Assembly: GCF_009914755.1 (NCBI RefSeq)
Contig: NC_060934.1
DNA: 64,000 nt
Strand: one strand, 5' to 3'
Source of the DNA: the human T2T-CHM13v2.0 reference genome, Homo sapiens
Positions 1 through 14,082 of this stretch are shown piece after piece. A model generated the notes under the pieces. That model was not told the origin of the DNA. It searched no databases and worked only from the letters and a program-made list of their open reading frames with translations. The position numbers and the translations under genes are program-made. Position 1 is the stretch's first letter. Each line of letters begins with the position of its first letter.

Positions 1-615
1 TGAACTAGACATTGAGACTTGACCCAGCCAAATTAGGGCCTTCAATTAACAGGCAACAAATGGGGTTTCTGTACTAGTTGGAGTGATTCTTCTAGCTATC
101 AAGGTAAAATTAGGTTTCTACTAAAAAATAAAAAGATATATATACCTGAAATGGAGGAGATCTTCCAGAGTGCTTATTAGTATTCTCATTTCTTGTGATT
201 GAAATCAGTGGAAAACTAGCACAGCTCAATTCAGGATGGACTGATAATCACCCAGATCCTTCAGCAATAATGATTTAGGTAACTTCATCAGGCAAGAAAT
301 TAAACAAACTGAAGTTCTTGCTGGGGGCAAAGGATATAAAAATGGTAGTGGAAGAAGCTGTTTAAACATACCAGCTATAACGATGAGACCAGTTGCGGAT
401 ATATGGACTAACTTAATTATGAGTATTTCTTATCTTTATATAAATATGACTCTTTTGTGTGTGTGATATCACATACACAATGTTTACTTTATTTTCTTTC
501 TTCCCTCATTCCCTAATCATGTAAAATAAGATGTGTTAATAATGCTTAACTTTATATCTCAGTATTTAAGGTACACCGTATCAATAATGGAGCATGAATA
601 GAAGAATGAATATCA
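1..615 (+). mobile_element. ERVL (HERVL/ERVL-B4/ERVL-E-like) internal fragment: 3' end of the pol/dUTPase region plus downstream non-coding part, heavily decayed
   Basis: Colinear similarity to the recalled HERVL 3' internal consensus (GGAGTGATT..CTATCAAG, CCCAGATCCTTCAG, GGCAAAGG..ATGGTAGTGGAAGAAG, ATACCAGCTA..GACCAGTTGC, TATGAGTATTTC). It stops at an A-run at ~616 and no MLT2 LTR follows. Confidence 0.7.
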
Positions 616-2103
616 AAAAAAAAAAAAGAAGCCCGTTAGTTAAATCAGTATGGGAAGTGGGCAATGCTGTAAAACAGCAGCTGACATCAGTATTGTAAAA
701 TACATAAAATCTTTCATAAAATGAAAGATAGCACAGACAGCTATAAGAGGCATGTTTGCTTTGAAATACCCCTTAAGAATCTTAGCACTACACAGTACCT
801 GCCACAGAGTTACCTTTTTACAAAGAAAGAGTAATTCTCCAAAATCTTACAACATTTCTGCACAATACTGGCTAAGGTCATTCTGATCCAGTATGACCCA
901 GCCAGATATTGCATTATAATACCTGTATTAGAATGACAATTCTCACCTCCAGGATGTTAGTAAAATACCAATCTGATTACTAATTCAAACAAAAATACAG
1001 GGAGGGAGCATCAAATATCCATAAAAATTATTTACAGCAACTGTAGTTATTCAGGTCATTTTTACAGAAAGCCTATCCCCTGGGCCAATGTATTTGTGGC
1101 ATTTTTTTTTATTACTACATAGCTCAAAAGTGCCTTTCATGCTCAGCAGGCACATCATAGGCAAAGAACTGACAAATTGAAAAGCTATCATAAGAATATA
1201 AATCAAAAATTCTATAAAATTTGGCTTATATGCCCAAAGATGTCAAAAACATGATATACTACATCAGTTATTCACCATCAACAAAAAGAAACATTGAAAG
1301 CATCTATTTTAATCCTGATTTTTACACTTGCAGATTTTCCCCCACCAAATTTATCTTAAATAATTCTTAAGTACACTTTCTCCTCATATATATTTTATTG
1401 GCTTTCCCTTAAACATGAAAAATTATAGCAGTTTCTCTACACATCTAATCAACTCATTTCAGTAAAAACCATAACCAATTAAAATTTATTCTCAAAAAAA
1501 GGAATCTAATTCTTAACCATAGGCTAATGATGCTTAAAAGAATTGCTTTGCAGCTTGACCAGCAGATGGGACATCACTTTAGACTGCAACACAAGGAGAA
1601 ATTGATGAGAAAAAACTAAGAGACTTTCTGTTAGGAGAAAAACTGTAAGGGACACCACAGGAAGGAGCCATTTATAATCATTTTCTCCTCCACATAATTT
1701 AAAGCTGTGGGCCAGGAGCCAAATGATGGCAAGGAACACACCTCCCACCAAGCAAGAATTAAGATAACCAGCTCTAATATAAGCAACACAAAACTAATTA
1801 TTCTCATAAATTCCCTTCATAGTGTTAACACAAAACATCAACACTATGGTGCTGACAGCAGCAGGCAGGGAAGTGGTAGAAAATTTAGATCCAGCACTTT
1901 CCTTTAAACTTAGATTAGTACATCATAGCAATATCTATATTGGAAAAGTACAAACAGAACTAACAGAAGCATAATGGAACAAATTTCAGAATGTGAATAG
2001 TAGGAAACATTTTCAGATTATAACAACATATATTCTAAATGATGACATTACATAACAACAATAGTTAAGATTTTTTAACATTTCCATTAATCCCACTATC
2101 CAA

Positions 2104-2250
2104 TTTAATCCCCCAACAACCTATGTGGATAGAATTATTTCCCTACTTTACAAACAAGAAAGTAGAGGATTTCAGGGTGACCTCAAGGCAACAATTAGTT
2201 TAATGGCAAAGCCACAAGTCTTGGTTTCCATTTCAGAGCTCTTTCCAATA
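2104..2250 (-). mobile_element. MIR SINE fragment
   Basis: TTTAATCCCCCAACAACCTATG...CTTTACAAACAAGAAA...CAAGGCAACA matches the reverse complement of the MIR core. Confidence 0.6.
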
Positions 2251-2777
2251 TATTAAGCTGCCTATCTATGTATATTTTTTAGTATTATTAACAGTAAATA
2301 TTAAATTAACATTTAAAAACATCACTTTAAATGTATGTTTGTAAAATAAAAGCAGAGTATATTTTTAAAGAAAGATCATTGAAAATTTTAAATGACATAA
2401 AAATTTCTTTAGATGATTACTGTAACCAAAAAGAAATAATCACAAAACTATCTGAAAGCAAACAACAACATCAACTTGTAAACATCAATTATTCAGAAAG
2501 GAAACAGAATATATCCTAGGAAGACACAAAGTTGAAACTCAATATGAATCTAGAAAAATAGGATTATATGTTTAAACTTATAATTTATTTGATGATGACA
2601 CTATAAAAAAGAACATTCAAATAAAATATTAAATAAGATGCTTCTGACATTTGACTAAATTCAATAGATATTATCATTATTAATATGGTATCATCATCAA
2701 AATTATCATATTGGTAAAATTATCATTCCAGCTATGTAATTTGATCATGTTTTATTATAAGCATCAAAATCAATGTA

Positions 2778-5583
2778 CAGATGACCACTGAATAACATGG
2801 GAGTTAGGAGTGTCAAACCCCACACAGATTTTCAGCTGCATATAACTTTCAACTTCCCCAAAATTTAACAGGAATGTCTACTGTTGATCAGAAGCCTTAC
2901 CAATAACATAAACAATTAACAAACATTTTGTATGTTATAAAGCAAGCTAAAGAAAAGAAAATGTTGTTAAAACAATCATAAAAAAGAGAAAATATATTTA
3001 TTATTTGATATGGTTTGGCTCTGTCCCCACCCAAATCTCATCTTGAATTGTAGTTTCCATAATCCCCATGTGTCATGGGAGGGACACGGTGGGAGGTAAT
3101 TGAATCGTGGGGGCAGTTACCCCCATGCTGCTGTTATTGTGATAGTGAGTGAGTTCTCACAAGAGCTGATGGTTTTATAAGGGGCTTTCCCCCGTTTTGA
3201 TTGGACTTCTCCTTCCTGGCACCATATGTTTGCTTCCCCTTCGCCATGTTGTAAGTTTCCTGAGGCCTCCCCAGCCATTCTGAACCGTGAGTCAATTAAA
3301 CCTCTTTCCTTTATAAATTACCCAGTCTCACATATGTCTTTATTACCAGCATGAGAATGGACTAATACAGTATATTGGTACCACAGAGAGTGGGGTGCTG
3401 CTGTAAAGACACCCAAAAATATGGAAGCAACTTTGGAACTGGGTCACAAGCAGAGGTTGGAACAGTTTAGAGGGCTCAGAAGAAAACATGAAAATGTGGG
3501 GAAGTTTGGAACATCCTAGAGACTAGGAGAGCTCAGAAGACAGGAAGGTGTGGGAAAGTTTGGAACTTCCTAGAGATTTGTTGAACAGCTTTGACCAAAA
3601 TGCTGATAGTGATATGGACAATAAAGTCCAGGCTGAGGTGATCTCAGATGGAGAGGAGGAACTTTTTGGGAACTGGAGCAAAGGTGACTCTTGTCATTCT
3701 GTAACAAAGAAACTGGCAGCATTTTGCCCCTGCCCTAGAGACTTGTGGAACTTTGAACTTGAGAGAGATAATTTAGGGTATCTGGCAGAATAAATTTCTA
3801 AGTGACAAAGCATTCAAGAGGAAGCAGAGCATAAAAGTTCGGAAAATTTGCAGCCTGAGGATGCAATAGAATAGAAAAGCCCATTTTCTGGGGAGAAATT
3901 CAAGCCTGCTGCAGAAACTTGCATAAGTAACAAGGCCAAATGTAATCACCAAGACAATGGCTAAAATGTCTCCAGGCCATGTCAGAGACCATCACAGCAG
4001 CCCCTCCCATTACAGGCATAGAGGCCTAGGAGAAAATAATGATTTCATGGGCAGAGCCCAGGGCCCCCCTGCTGTATGCAGACTTGGGACTTGGTGCCCT
4101 GCATCCCAGCTGCTCCAGACATGGCTAAAAGGGGTCAAGGTACAGCTCAGGCTATGGCTTCAGAGGGTGCAAGCCCCAAGCCTTGGCAGCTTCCACATGG
4201 TGTTGAGCCTGTGGGTGCACAGAAGTCAAAAACTGAGGTTTAGGAACCTCTGCCTAGATTTCAGAGGATGTATGGAAATGCTTGGATGTCTAGGCAGAAG
4301 TTTGTTGCAGAGGCAGAGCCCTCATGGAGAACCTCTGCTAGGAAGTGTGGAAGGGAAATGTGGTGTGGGAGCCCCCACACAGAGTCTCCACTGGGGCACT
4401 GTCAAATGGAGTTGTGAGAAGAGGGCCACTGTCCTCCAGACCCCAGAATGGTAGATCTGCTAAGAGCTTGTGGCTGGAAAAGCAGCAGACACTCAATGCC
4501 AGCCAGTGAAAGTAGCCAGGAGGGTTGCTATACCCTGAAAAGCCACATGGGCAGAGCTGCCCAAGGCCATGGGAGCCCACCTCTTGTGTCAGTGTACCCT
4601 AGATGTGAGACATGAAGTCAAAGAGCATTTTGGAACTTTAAGGTTTAATGACTGCCCTATTGGATCTTGGACTTGCATGGGGCCTGTAGCCCCTTTGTTT
4701 TGACCAATTTTGCCCACTTGGAACAGGTGTATTTACTCAACACCTGTACCCCCATTTTACCTAGGAAGTAACTAACTTGCTTTTGATTTTATAGGCTCAT
4801 AGGTGGAAGGGACTTGCCTTATCTCAGATGAGACTTTGGACTTGTACTTTTGGGTTAATGCTGGAATGAGTTAAGACTTTGGGGGACTGTTAGGAAGGCA
4901 TGATTGTGTTTTAAAATGTGATGACACAAGATTTGGGAGGAGCCAGGGGTGGAATGATATGGTTTGGCTGTGTCCCTACCCAAATCTTATCTTGAATTTA
5001 GTTCCCATAATCCCCACGTGTCATGGGAGGGTACCTGGTGGGAGGTAATTGAATCATCTGGGTGGTTACCTCTACACTGTTGCTTTCATGATAGTGAGTG
5101 AGTTCTCATGAGATCTGATGGTTTTATAAGGGGCTTTTCCCCCTTTTGCTTGGCACTCCTCCTTCCTGTCTCCACGTGAAGAAGGACATGTTTACTTCCC
5201 CTTCTGCCATGATTGTAAGTTTCCTGAGGCCTTCCAGCCATGTTGAACTGTGAGTCAATTAAGCCTCTTTCCTTCATAAATTACCCAGTCTCAGATATGT
5301 CTTTATTAGCAGCATGAGAACAGAACGAATACACTATTCATTAAGTGGAAGTGGATTATCATGAAGGCCTTCATCCTTGTTGTCTTCACACTGAGTAGGA
5401 TGAGGAGGAGGAGAAAGAGAAAGGGTGGGTCTTGCTGTCTCAGTGGGGGCAGAGGCAGAAGAGATGGAGGAGGCAGAAAGGGAGGCAAGAGAGACAGGCA
5501 CCCTCCATGTAGCTTTTATTTTTTAAAATCTACATATAAATGCACCTGCACAGTTCAAATCCTTGTTGTTCAAGGGTCAACTA
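2778..5583. mobile_element. Tigger2-family (Tigger2a/2b-like) non-autonomous DNA transposon, split by a THE1 provirus (pieces 2778-3005 and 5334-5583)
   Basis: Terminal inverted repeats CAGATGACCACTGAATAAC / GTTGTTCAAGGGTCAACTA with TA on each side (2776-77, 5584-85). The consensus TATATTTACTATTCATTAAGTGGAAG resumes exactly after the THE1. Confidence 0.85.
3006..5333 (+). mobile_element. Full-length THE1 (THE1C/D-like) MaLR element: 5' LTR 3006-3369, internal region 3370-4954, 3' LTR 4955-5333
   Basis: Both LTRs begin TGATATGGTTTGGCT and end AATACA. The internal region starts with the typical ..TTGGTACCA..GAGTGGGG and a purine tract precedes the 3' LTR. 5-bp TSD TTATT/CTATT. ORFs 3548 and 3957 are THE1-int remnants. 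Confidence 0.95.
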
Positions 5584-6238
5584 TAAACGAATTTGTTAGA
5601 GTGACAGACAAGTACCACCTTTGCTCAAATTGTAAAACCAATATTATTAATTTTATAGCATTTTATCAGCATTTTTTCATTAAATGAATATACAATTGTC
5701 ACATTAAATCCCCTAGACTCTCATCAAAATTGTAAATCATTTCATTAGTAATCAAATAAAATTTGCAGTTTTTGGCTAAGTCATTGACAACACTCCATGC
5801 TCTGTCCCATCCTAACTCTTTCAACACCATTTTCTACCATGTAATCCAAATATACTGGGCATTTTATGCTTTCTCACTTTTACAACATCTCCCAAGGTTT
5901 TTTCCAGGTAGAACACCCTCCATTTCTCCTTGTTAAAATAATACCTGATCTTCACCACCCAACTGACATCCTATGTCCTTAGTTCAGACTTCCCTGATCC
6001 TGTCAACTGTTGGAGATCTTTTCCTCCATTAAGGTACTTACCAAAGTTTGTCTTATGTTTCTGATAATTTTCATAAGTCTCAAATAACTATAAGCATTAT
6101 GGTAACCAAGACTGTTTTAAACTTTTGTATCTCCCAAAATACTTCAGTACCATAGATCAAGTACACATTCATGAATTCTGCATCTACTACATAGTCAGAA
6201 AAGTGGAAGAATTTCTATAGTTATATTTTAATTACAAT

Positions 6239-6456
6239 TTTTTTTTATTATACTTTAAGTTTTAGGGTACATGTGCACAACATGCAGGTTTGTTACATAT
6301 GTATACATGGGCCATGTTGGTGTGCTGCACCCATTAACTCATCATTTAGCATTAGGTATATCTCCTAATGCTATTCCCTCCCACCTCCCCCCACCCCACA
6401 ACAGTCCCCGGTGTGTGATGTTCCCCTTCCTATGTCCATGTGTTCTCATTGTTCAA
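6239..6456 (-). mobile_element. 5'-truncated young L1PA (L1PA3/4-like) 3' end
   Basis: Poly-T followed by ATTATACTTTAAGTTTTAGGGTACATGTGCAC. TSD TTTAATTACAAT at 6227-6238 and 6457-6468. Confidence 0.92.
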
Positions 6457-7419
6457 TTTAATTACAATCTTTAAAATCACAGAAACTCTTGAATACATAT
6501 ACCAAAACCTTCAAGATGCCAATAAGAATTTTACTCTGTTGTGAGTGCTTGTCATTTGTAACTATATTGTTCCCACATCTAACAATCTATCACCCATAAA
6601 CATGTCAAAGTACTGTGACAAAGTATAACAAATGATTCTCCAATATTTTGAATAGATTTACTTTTAAATAAATGTTACAGATGTATTATGAAATAAGAAA
6701 TAAGCTTACAAATACATTTATTTTAACATCTTGTGTTGATTATGAGAACAATAAAAATGAGCAATTCACGGGAAAATAATTTCAGATAGATTTTGTCTCC
6801 CTACAAATGGGCATCCTGATATTCACTCTGGAATAAATACTTTAGGAAGAAGATGATATTGAGATCATATCCCTTTGTTTGGTTATCAAAGGCTTATTTT
6901 TCATGTGGAAAATTTTAAGTGCTAATAAATAATCCACTGCAAACCACATAATTTTTGAAAATAACCCCCAAATTATATACACAAACAAGTAAATTTTAGT
7001 GAATGTATGCAATTGCTATTGGCAGTTATTAGATCCTAATTACTTTTCAAAAGTGGAATTAATAATATGTAATTTAATGTCTTACAGGATATTATAAAGA
7101 TGTAATTTTATTGGACTTTGCTTCTAATACACTGAACCATAAGGCTAAATTTAAAACCACTTAGAAAAGAATATTAGAATTAAATTACAGAGAAATTTAC
7201 AACTAAATTAAGAAACTCTATCAATTAAAAAACTTTGCTGTCATCCTCAAATGTGAGTGCTTATCTAATAATATGATCCTGGACTAAGTGTTGTGTATAC
7301 TTCAGATATAAAATTTTCATATAGGCTATTCCTAGGCAAATACAAAAAGTAAACAAAAACAAAACAAAAAATACTGATGACTAGTGATCACATTAAAATA
7401 AATGACATCATAAAAGTGA

Positions 7420-7592
7420 CCCTTTTCCCCTTCCACCTCCCACCACATTAGGACAGCAACAGAGCATCAGCTTGGAAGCAAAAGCAGCCCTCACAAGATC
7501 ACACCTGTCAGTGCCTTGATCTTGAACTCCTGAGCCTCCAGAACTATGAGAAATAAATTTCTGCTCTTTAAAAACCACCCAGTTTCAGCATA
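7420..7592 (+). mobile_element. MLT1A/MST-type MaLR LTR, 3' fragment
   Basis: GCAGCCCTCAC...GCCTTGATCTTGAACTCC..GCCTCCAGAACTATGAGAAATAAATTTCTG. Confidence 0.75.
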
Positions 7593-10500
7593 TACTGAAA
7601 ATTCAAAACTTGCCATACTTTTAAAATATAGATTGGGACTAGATACAGTCAGAAATTGCCACTCCCACAGAAAGAGACCCAATTTAATATACACCAACAT
7701 AATTTGAACAAATCTTCAGAGAGAAACTACCAAACATGGATTGAGAAAAGATGCAGTCCCAGAGACTGAAGAAGAAGGAAGTTAGGCACCCAATGTGGGG
7801 TGCCTGAATGCTAAGGCTGATTTCCAAACTGGAAAGGTACCTGGGGAAGGGGATTGGTCCAGTAAGGATATGGGTTATTTCCATACCAGACCTCTCCCTA
7901 AGGGAGCCCCGTGGCCCCAAAGACCTAATAAAAACAACAACAAAATCGAAGGTACAGTGCTAGTGATTGGATGTGGCTCCCCCAAGCAGACCTGATGAGG
8001 GGGTCATCTATTTCCCCCTTGCACTGCAGAACACAGCTGCAAATGTTAACATAGACAAAGGAACCACAAGGCTGAGTAGAAGCCTATCTACTGCCCATTG
8101 CTCTCAAGGACCATCTACTAGATTGTAGCCCAAACTACAACACCAAAATCACTTTACTAATCCTGCCCTTGCAAAACCAAGAGTAAGAATTCTGCAACGA
8201 AGACACCATACAGAGCCTTAGTTCTCTAAAAACTTTCAGAAACAAAGCCAACAAAGTACACTCAATTTACACCACAATTAAAAGAATACCATCCCTCCCA
8301 GATGAGAAAGAATCAGCATAAGAACTCTGGCAATTCAAAAAGCCACACTGCCCCCTTACCTCCAAATGAGCCCACTAGCTCCCCAGAAATGTTTCCTAAC
8401 CAGTCTGAATTATCTGAAATGACAGACATAGAATTCAAAATATGGATGGCAAAGAAGCTCATTGAGATCAAGAAGAAAGTTGAAACTCAATCCAAGGAAG
8501 CCAAGCAATCCAGTAAAATGATTCAAGGGCTGAAAGGTGAAATTCTCACTTAAAGAGAGACAAAAACTTAATTTCTTGAGCTGAAAAATTCACTACAAAA
8601 ATTACATAATATAATTGGAAGTATTAACAGCAGAATAGACCAAGCTGAGGAAAGAATCTGAGAGCTCAAAGAGCAATTCTTTCAATTAACACAGTCAGAC
8701 AAAAATACAGAAAAGAGAATTGAGAAAGATGAAGAGCAGAGAGTGGGCCGAGACCTCCAATTAGAAGTAGCTATGGTGCATGGCACTCATAAAGAGGAAG
8801 AAAAGCAGTGAGTAAATACAGCACCTTCAACTGAAATATCCAGGTTTTCGCACTGGGACTGATCAGGGAAATAACCAATCCACAGAAAACAGAGAAAAGT
8901 AGGGCAGGATGATAGCCCACCTGGAAGTGACGCAAAGCCAAGGGAACCCCCACCCCAGCCAAGGAAGTGGTAAGTGAATGTGCCACCCTGGGAAACCACA
9001 TTTCTCCCATGGATCTTTGCAACCCTCAGATCAGGAGATCCCCTCATAAACCCACTCCACCAGGACCTTGGGTCAGATACACAGAGCTGTGTGGAGTCTC
9101 AGCAGGGCAGCCACTCAGGTATGCACAGAGACCCAAGAGATTTACATACCCCAGCCACAGGATCCCTGGCAAAGGTGACTACAACTCAGTCAAGGCGGGA
9201 GGTCCATACATACCCCTAGGAAGGGGGCCGAATCCAGGGAGCTGAACAGCGTCCATCTGTGGGCCCCATTTCCAAGGCACCTCACAAAATAAGACCCACT
9301 GGCTTGGAACTTCAGCCAGCCACCAGCAACAGGGTAGTGCCTGCCTGAGATGGAATGGAGCTGCCAGGGAAAGGGGTGGGCTGTCACCTTTGTTATTTGG
9401 ACAACTCAGCTGTTCAAGTCTGTGGGCTTTGGAGAGTCCAAACAGTCTGGACAAGTAAGGGACCCCCAGCACAGCACAGCACAGCTGCTCTATGAAAATG
9501 TGGCCAGACTACTTCTTTAAGTGGGACCCCAATCCATTCCACCCCACTGGGCAGGACTTCCCAATAGGGACCTCCAGCCACCCCTGCCCATATTCTAGGA
9601 AAGAACTCTGATCTCTCCCTTGGCTGGAGTGCCCAGTGGGGAGGGATGAGCTGCCAATGTTGCTTTGAGCCCATTCCAGCCTGTAGGCTTTGCAGAATCC
9701 AAGCCAATACAGGCAGAGATGGATCCCCAGCAACGCATGGCTGTTTTGTCAAGGTGTGGCCAGACTGCTTCTTTAAATAGAACCCCAATCCATTCCTCCT
9801 TGCTGGGCAGGTCCTCCCAACCAGTGCTTCCAACCACCCTCACCCATGTTCTATGGCTGACAAAGTTCTAATTTCTCCCTGTGATGGAGTGCCCAGGGGG
9901 CCAGGTGGGCTGCCACCTGTGCTGTTTGGGCATCTCACCCAGTCCAACCTGTGGGCCTCGGAAAGTGCAAAACTATATGGGGGTGAAGGGAAGCCAAACA
10001 CAGCACAGCTGCTCTACAAAAACGCAGGAAGGCTGCTTCTTTAAGGAGGTCCCTGATCCCATTCCTCCTGACTAGGTGAGACCTCCAAAACAGGGTTTCC
10101 AGCCACATCCTATGGGTGCATTCAGGCTGGCAACAGGTCAGTACTTCTCTGGGACAGAGCTCTGAGAGGAAGGGGCAGGCTGCCATCTTTGCTGTTTTGC
10201 AGCCTTCACCGGTAATACCTACAGGTACTGAAAAAACTGAGGTGACTAGGGTCTGAAGCAGCCGCCCAGCAAATCATAGCAGCCCTACAGAAAAGTGGTC
10301 AGACTGTTCAAAGAAAAAACGAGCAAAACAACAAGAACAACAACAACAAAAACCCATCCAAAGGTCAACAACCTCAAAGATCAAAGGTAGATAAGCCAAC
10401 AAAGATGAGAAAGAATCAGCACAAAAACACAGAAAACTCAAAAATCCAGTGTGCTCCCTTTCCTCTAAATGACCACAACACCTCTCCAGCAGGGATTTAG

Positions 10501-12228
10501 AACTGGACTGAGGCTGAGATGGCTGAGATGATAGAAATAGGATTCCAAATGTGGATCTAAAAAATGAACTTCACTGAGCTAAAGGAGCACTTTGCAACTC
10601 AATGCAAGGAAGCTAAGAATCATGATAAAACAATGCAGGAGCTGACAGCCAAAATAGCCAGTATAGAGAGGAATATAACCAACCTGATAGAGCTGAAAAA
10701 AACACAACAAGAACTTCACGATGCAATCACAAGTATTAATAGCAGAATAGGCCAAGCAGAAGAAAGAATCTCAGAGCTTGAAGAATGTCATTCTGAAATA
10801 ACACAGGCAGACAAAAATAGAGAAAAACAATGAAAAGGAATAAACAAAACCTCCAAGAAATATGGGATTATGTAAAGAGACTGAATCTATGACTGATTGG
10901 GGTACCTGAAAAAGATGAGGAGAATGGGACCATTTTGGATAACATAATTCAGGATATCATCCAGGAGAACTTCCCTGACCTACCTACAGAAGCCAACATT
11001 CAAATTCAGAAAATGCAGAGAACCCCAGTAAGATACTTACTCCACAAGAAGATCGTCCCCAAAACATGTAATCATCAGATCCTCCAAGGTCAAAATGAAA
11101 TAAAAAATGTCAAAGGCCACTGGAAAGAAAGGCGAGGCCACCTACAAAGGGAAGCCCATTGGACTAACAGTGGACCTCTCAGCAGAAACCATGCAAGCCA
11201 GAAGAGATTGGGGGACAATATTCAACATTTTTAAAGAAAAGAAATTCCAATGCAGAATTACATATCTAGCCAAACTAAGCTTCATAAGAGAAGAAATAAG
11301 ATCCTTTTCAGACAAGCAAATTCTGAGGGAATTTGTTACCACCAGACCTGCTTTATAAAAGCTCCTGAAGGAAGCACTAAATATAAAAAGGGAAAACTGT
11401 TGCCAGCCTCTACAAAAATACACTGAAGTATACAGACCAGTGACATTATAAAGCAACTACATAAACAAGTCTGCAAAATAACCAGCTAGCATCATGATCA
11501 CAGGATCAAATCCATACATAACAGTATTAACCTTAAATGCTCCAATTAAAAGACACAGAGTAAAAAGCTGGATAAAGAACCAAGACCCACTGGTAAGCTG
11601 TCTTCAAGAGACCCATCTCACATGCAAAAACATACACAGGCTAAAAATAAAGGGATGGAGGAAAATTTACCAACCAAATAGAAAACAGAAAAAAGCAGGG
11701 ATTGCAACCCTAGCATCTAACAAAAAAAGACTTTAAACCAAAAAATATCAAAAAAGACAAAGAAGAGTATTACATAATGATAAAGGGTTCAATTCAACAA
11801 GAATAGCTAACTGTCCTAAATATATGTGCACCCAAAACAGGAACACCCAGATTCATAAAGCAAGTTCTTAGAGACCTTCAAAGAGACTTAGACTCCCACA
11901 CAATAATAGTGGGAGACTTTAAAACCCCATTGACAATATTTTCTAATATCTCTATCATCAAGACAGAAAATTAACAAAAATATTCAGGACCTGAACTCAA
12001 CTCTGGATCAAGTGGAACTGACAGATATCTATAGAACTCTACACCCCAGAACAACAGAATATACATTCTTCTCATTGCCACACATCACTTACTCTAAAAT
12101 TGGTCACATAATCAGAAGTAAAACACTCCTCAGCAAATGTAAAAGAACTGAAATCATAATGAACAATCTCTCAGACCACAGTGCAATCAAATTAGAAATC
12201 AAGATTAAGAAATGCATTCAAACCCACA

Positions 12229-12602
12229 TAATATGGTTTGGCTGTGCTCCCACCAAAATCTCCTCTTGAATTGTACTTCCCAAAATCTCCACCTCTCATG
12301 GGAGGAACCTGGTGGGAAGTAATCAGAACATGGGGGCAGTTTCCTCCATGCTGTTCTCATAATAGTGAGTGAGTTCTCAGGAGAGCTGATGGTTTTATAA
12401 GAATCTGACATTTCCCCTGCTGGTACTTCTCTCTCCTGCCACCTTGTGAAAAAGAACATGCTTGCTTCCCCTTCTGCCATGACTATAAGTTTCCTGAGGC
12501 CTCCCCAGCCATGTGGAACTGTGAGTCAATTAAACCTCTTTTCTCTACAAATTACCCAGCCTGGGGTATTTCATCATAGCAGCATGAAAACAAATTAATA
12601 CC
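12229..12602 (+). mobile_element. THE1D-like solo LTR inserted in the endonuclease domain of L1 ORF2
   Basis: Runs from TAATATGGTTTGGCTGTG to AATACC. Perfect 5-bp TSD CCACA (12224-28, 12603-07). Confidence 0.92.
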
Positions 12603-14082
12603 CCACAAAATTACATGGAAATTGAATAACCTGTTCCTGAACAACTGTTGGATAAATAATAAAATTAAGGCAGAAATCTTGAAATTAATGAGAACAAAAA
12701 TACAACATACCAAAATCTCTGGAACCCAGTTAATGCAGTGTTAAGAGGGAAACTTACAGCACTAAATTCCCACATCAAAATGTTAAAAAGATCTGAAATT
12801 AACAACCTAACATCACAACTAAAAGAACTAGGAAACCAAGAGTGAACAAATAACAAAGCTAGCTGAAGACAATAAATAACCAAAAGCAGAGCTAAACTAA
12901 AGGAGATAGAAACATGAAAAACCTTTCAAAAGATCAAAAATCCAGAAGCTAATTTTCTGAAAAAAAGTTAATAAAATAGACTGCTAACTAGACTAATAAA
13001 AAAGAAAAGAGAGAAAATTCAAATAAACACAATCAGAAATGACATGGAGGATATTACCACTGACCCACAGAAATAAAAACGACCATGAGAGAATGTTATG
13101 AACACCTCTATGCACACAAATTGAAAATCTAGAAGAAATGGACAAATCCCTGGACACATACACCCTCCCAAGACTGAACCAGAAAGAAACTGAGTCCCTG
13201 AACAGATCAACAACAAGCTCTGAAATCAAATCAGTAATGAATAGCCTATCAACCAAAAAAAGCCCATAACCAGATGGATTCACCGCTTAACTCTACCAGA
13301 GGTACAAAGAAGAGCTGGTACCATTCCTATTGAAACTATTCCAAACAATTGAAAAGCAGGGACTCCCCCATAACCCATTCTATGAGGCCAGCATCATCCT
13401 GATACTAACACCTGGCAGAGATATAACAAAAAAGAAAACTTCGGGCCAATATCCTTGATAAACATTGATACCAAAAATCCTCAACAAAATACTGGCAAAC
13501 TGAATCTAGCAGCACATCAAAAAGCTTATCTACCATGATTAAGTAGTCTTCATCCCTGGAATGCAAGTTTCGTTCAACACACACAGATCTATAAATGTGA
13601 TTTATCACATAAACAGAACTAAAAACAAAAAACACATGATTATCTCAACAGATGCAGGAAAGGCCTTTGGTAAAAATTAGCATCCTTTCATGTAAAAAGC
13701 TCTCAATAAACTCGGTTTTGAAGGAACATACCTCTAAATAATAAGAGCCATATATGAGAAACCCACAGCCAATATACTGAATGGGCAAAAGCTGGAAGCA
13801 TTCCCCTTAAAAACTGGCACAAGACAAGGATGCCCTCTCTTACCACTCCTAGTCAACATAGTATTGGAAGTTCTGACCAGGGAAATCAGGCAAGAAAAAG
13901 AAATAATGTGTATTCAAATAGGAAAGGAAGAAGTCAAACTCTCTTCGTTTGCAGGTGACATAATTGCGTATCTAGAAAACCCCACTGACTCACCCCAAAA
14001 GCTTCTTAAGGTGATAAGCAACTTCAGCAAAGTCTTAGGATACAAAAATCAATGTGCGAAAATCACTACCATTCCTGTGGAA

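Noticed and set aside
1524-1907. Hydrophobic 75-aa and 66-aa ORFs
   Set aside because: No recognisable family, non-ATG starts and no splice support. Such ORFs are expected by chance.
3548-4580. 81-165 aa ORFs, and the ~50-bp internal duplication near 3470-3580
   Set aside because: These are THE1 internal remnants, and to my recollection the duplication is part of the THE1C/D-int consensus.
8771-10186. Dense overlapping ORFs and three repeated ~240-bp modules
   Set aside because: GC-richer L1 5'UTR with its usual internal repeats, not a gene or array.
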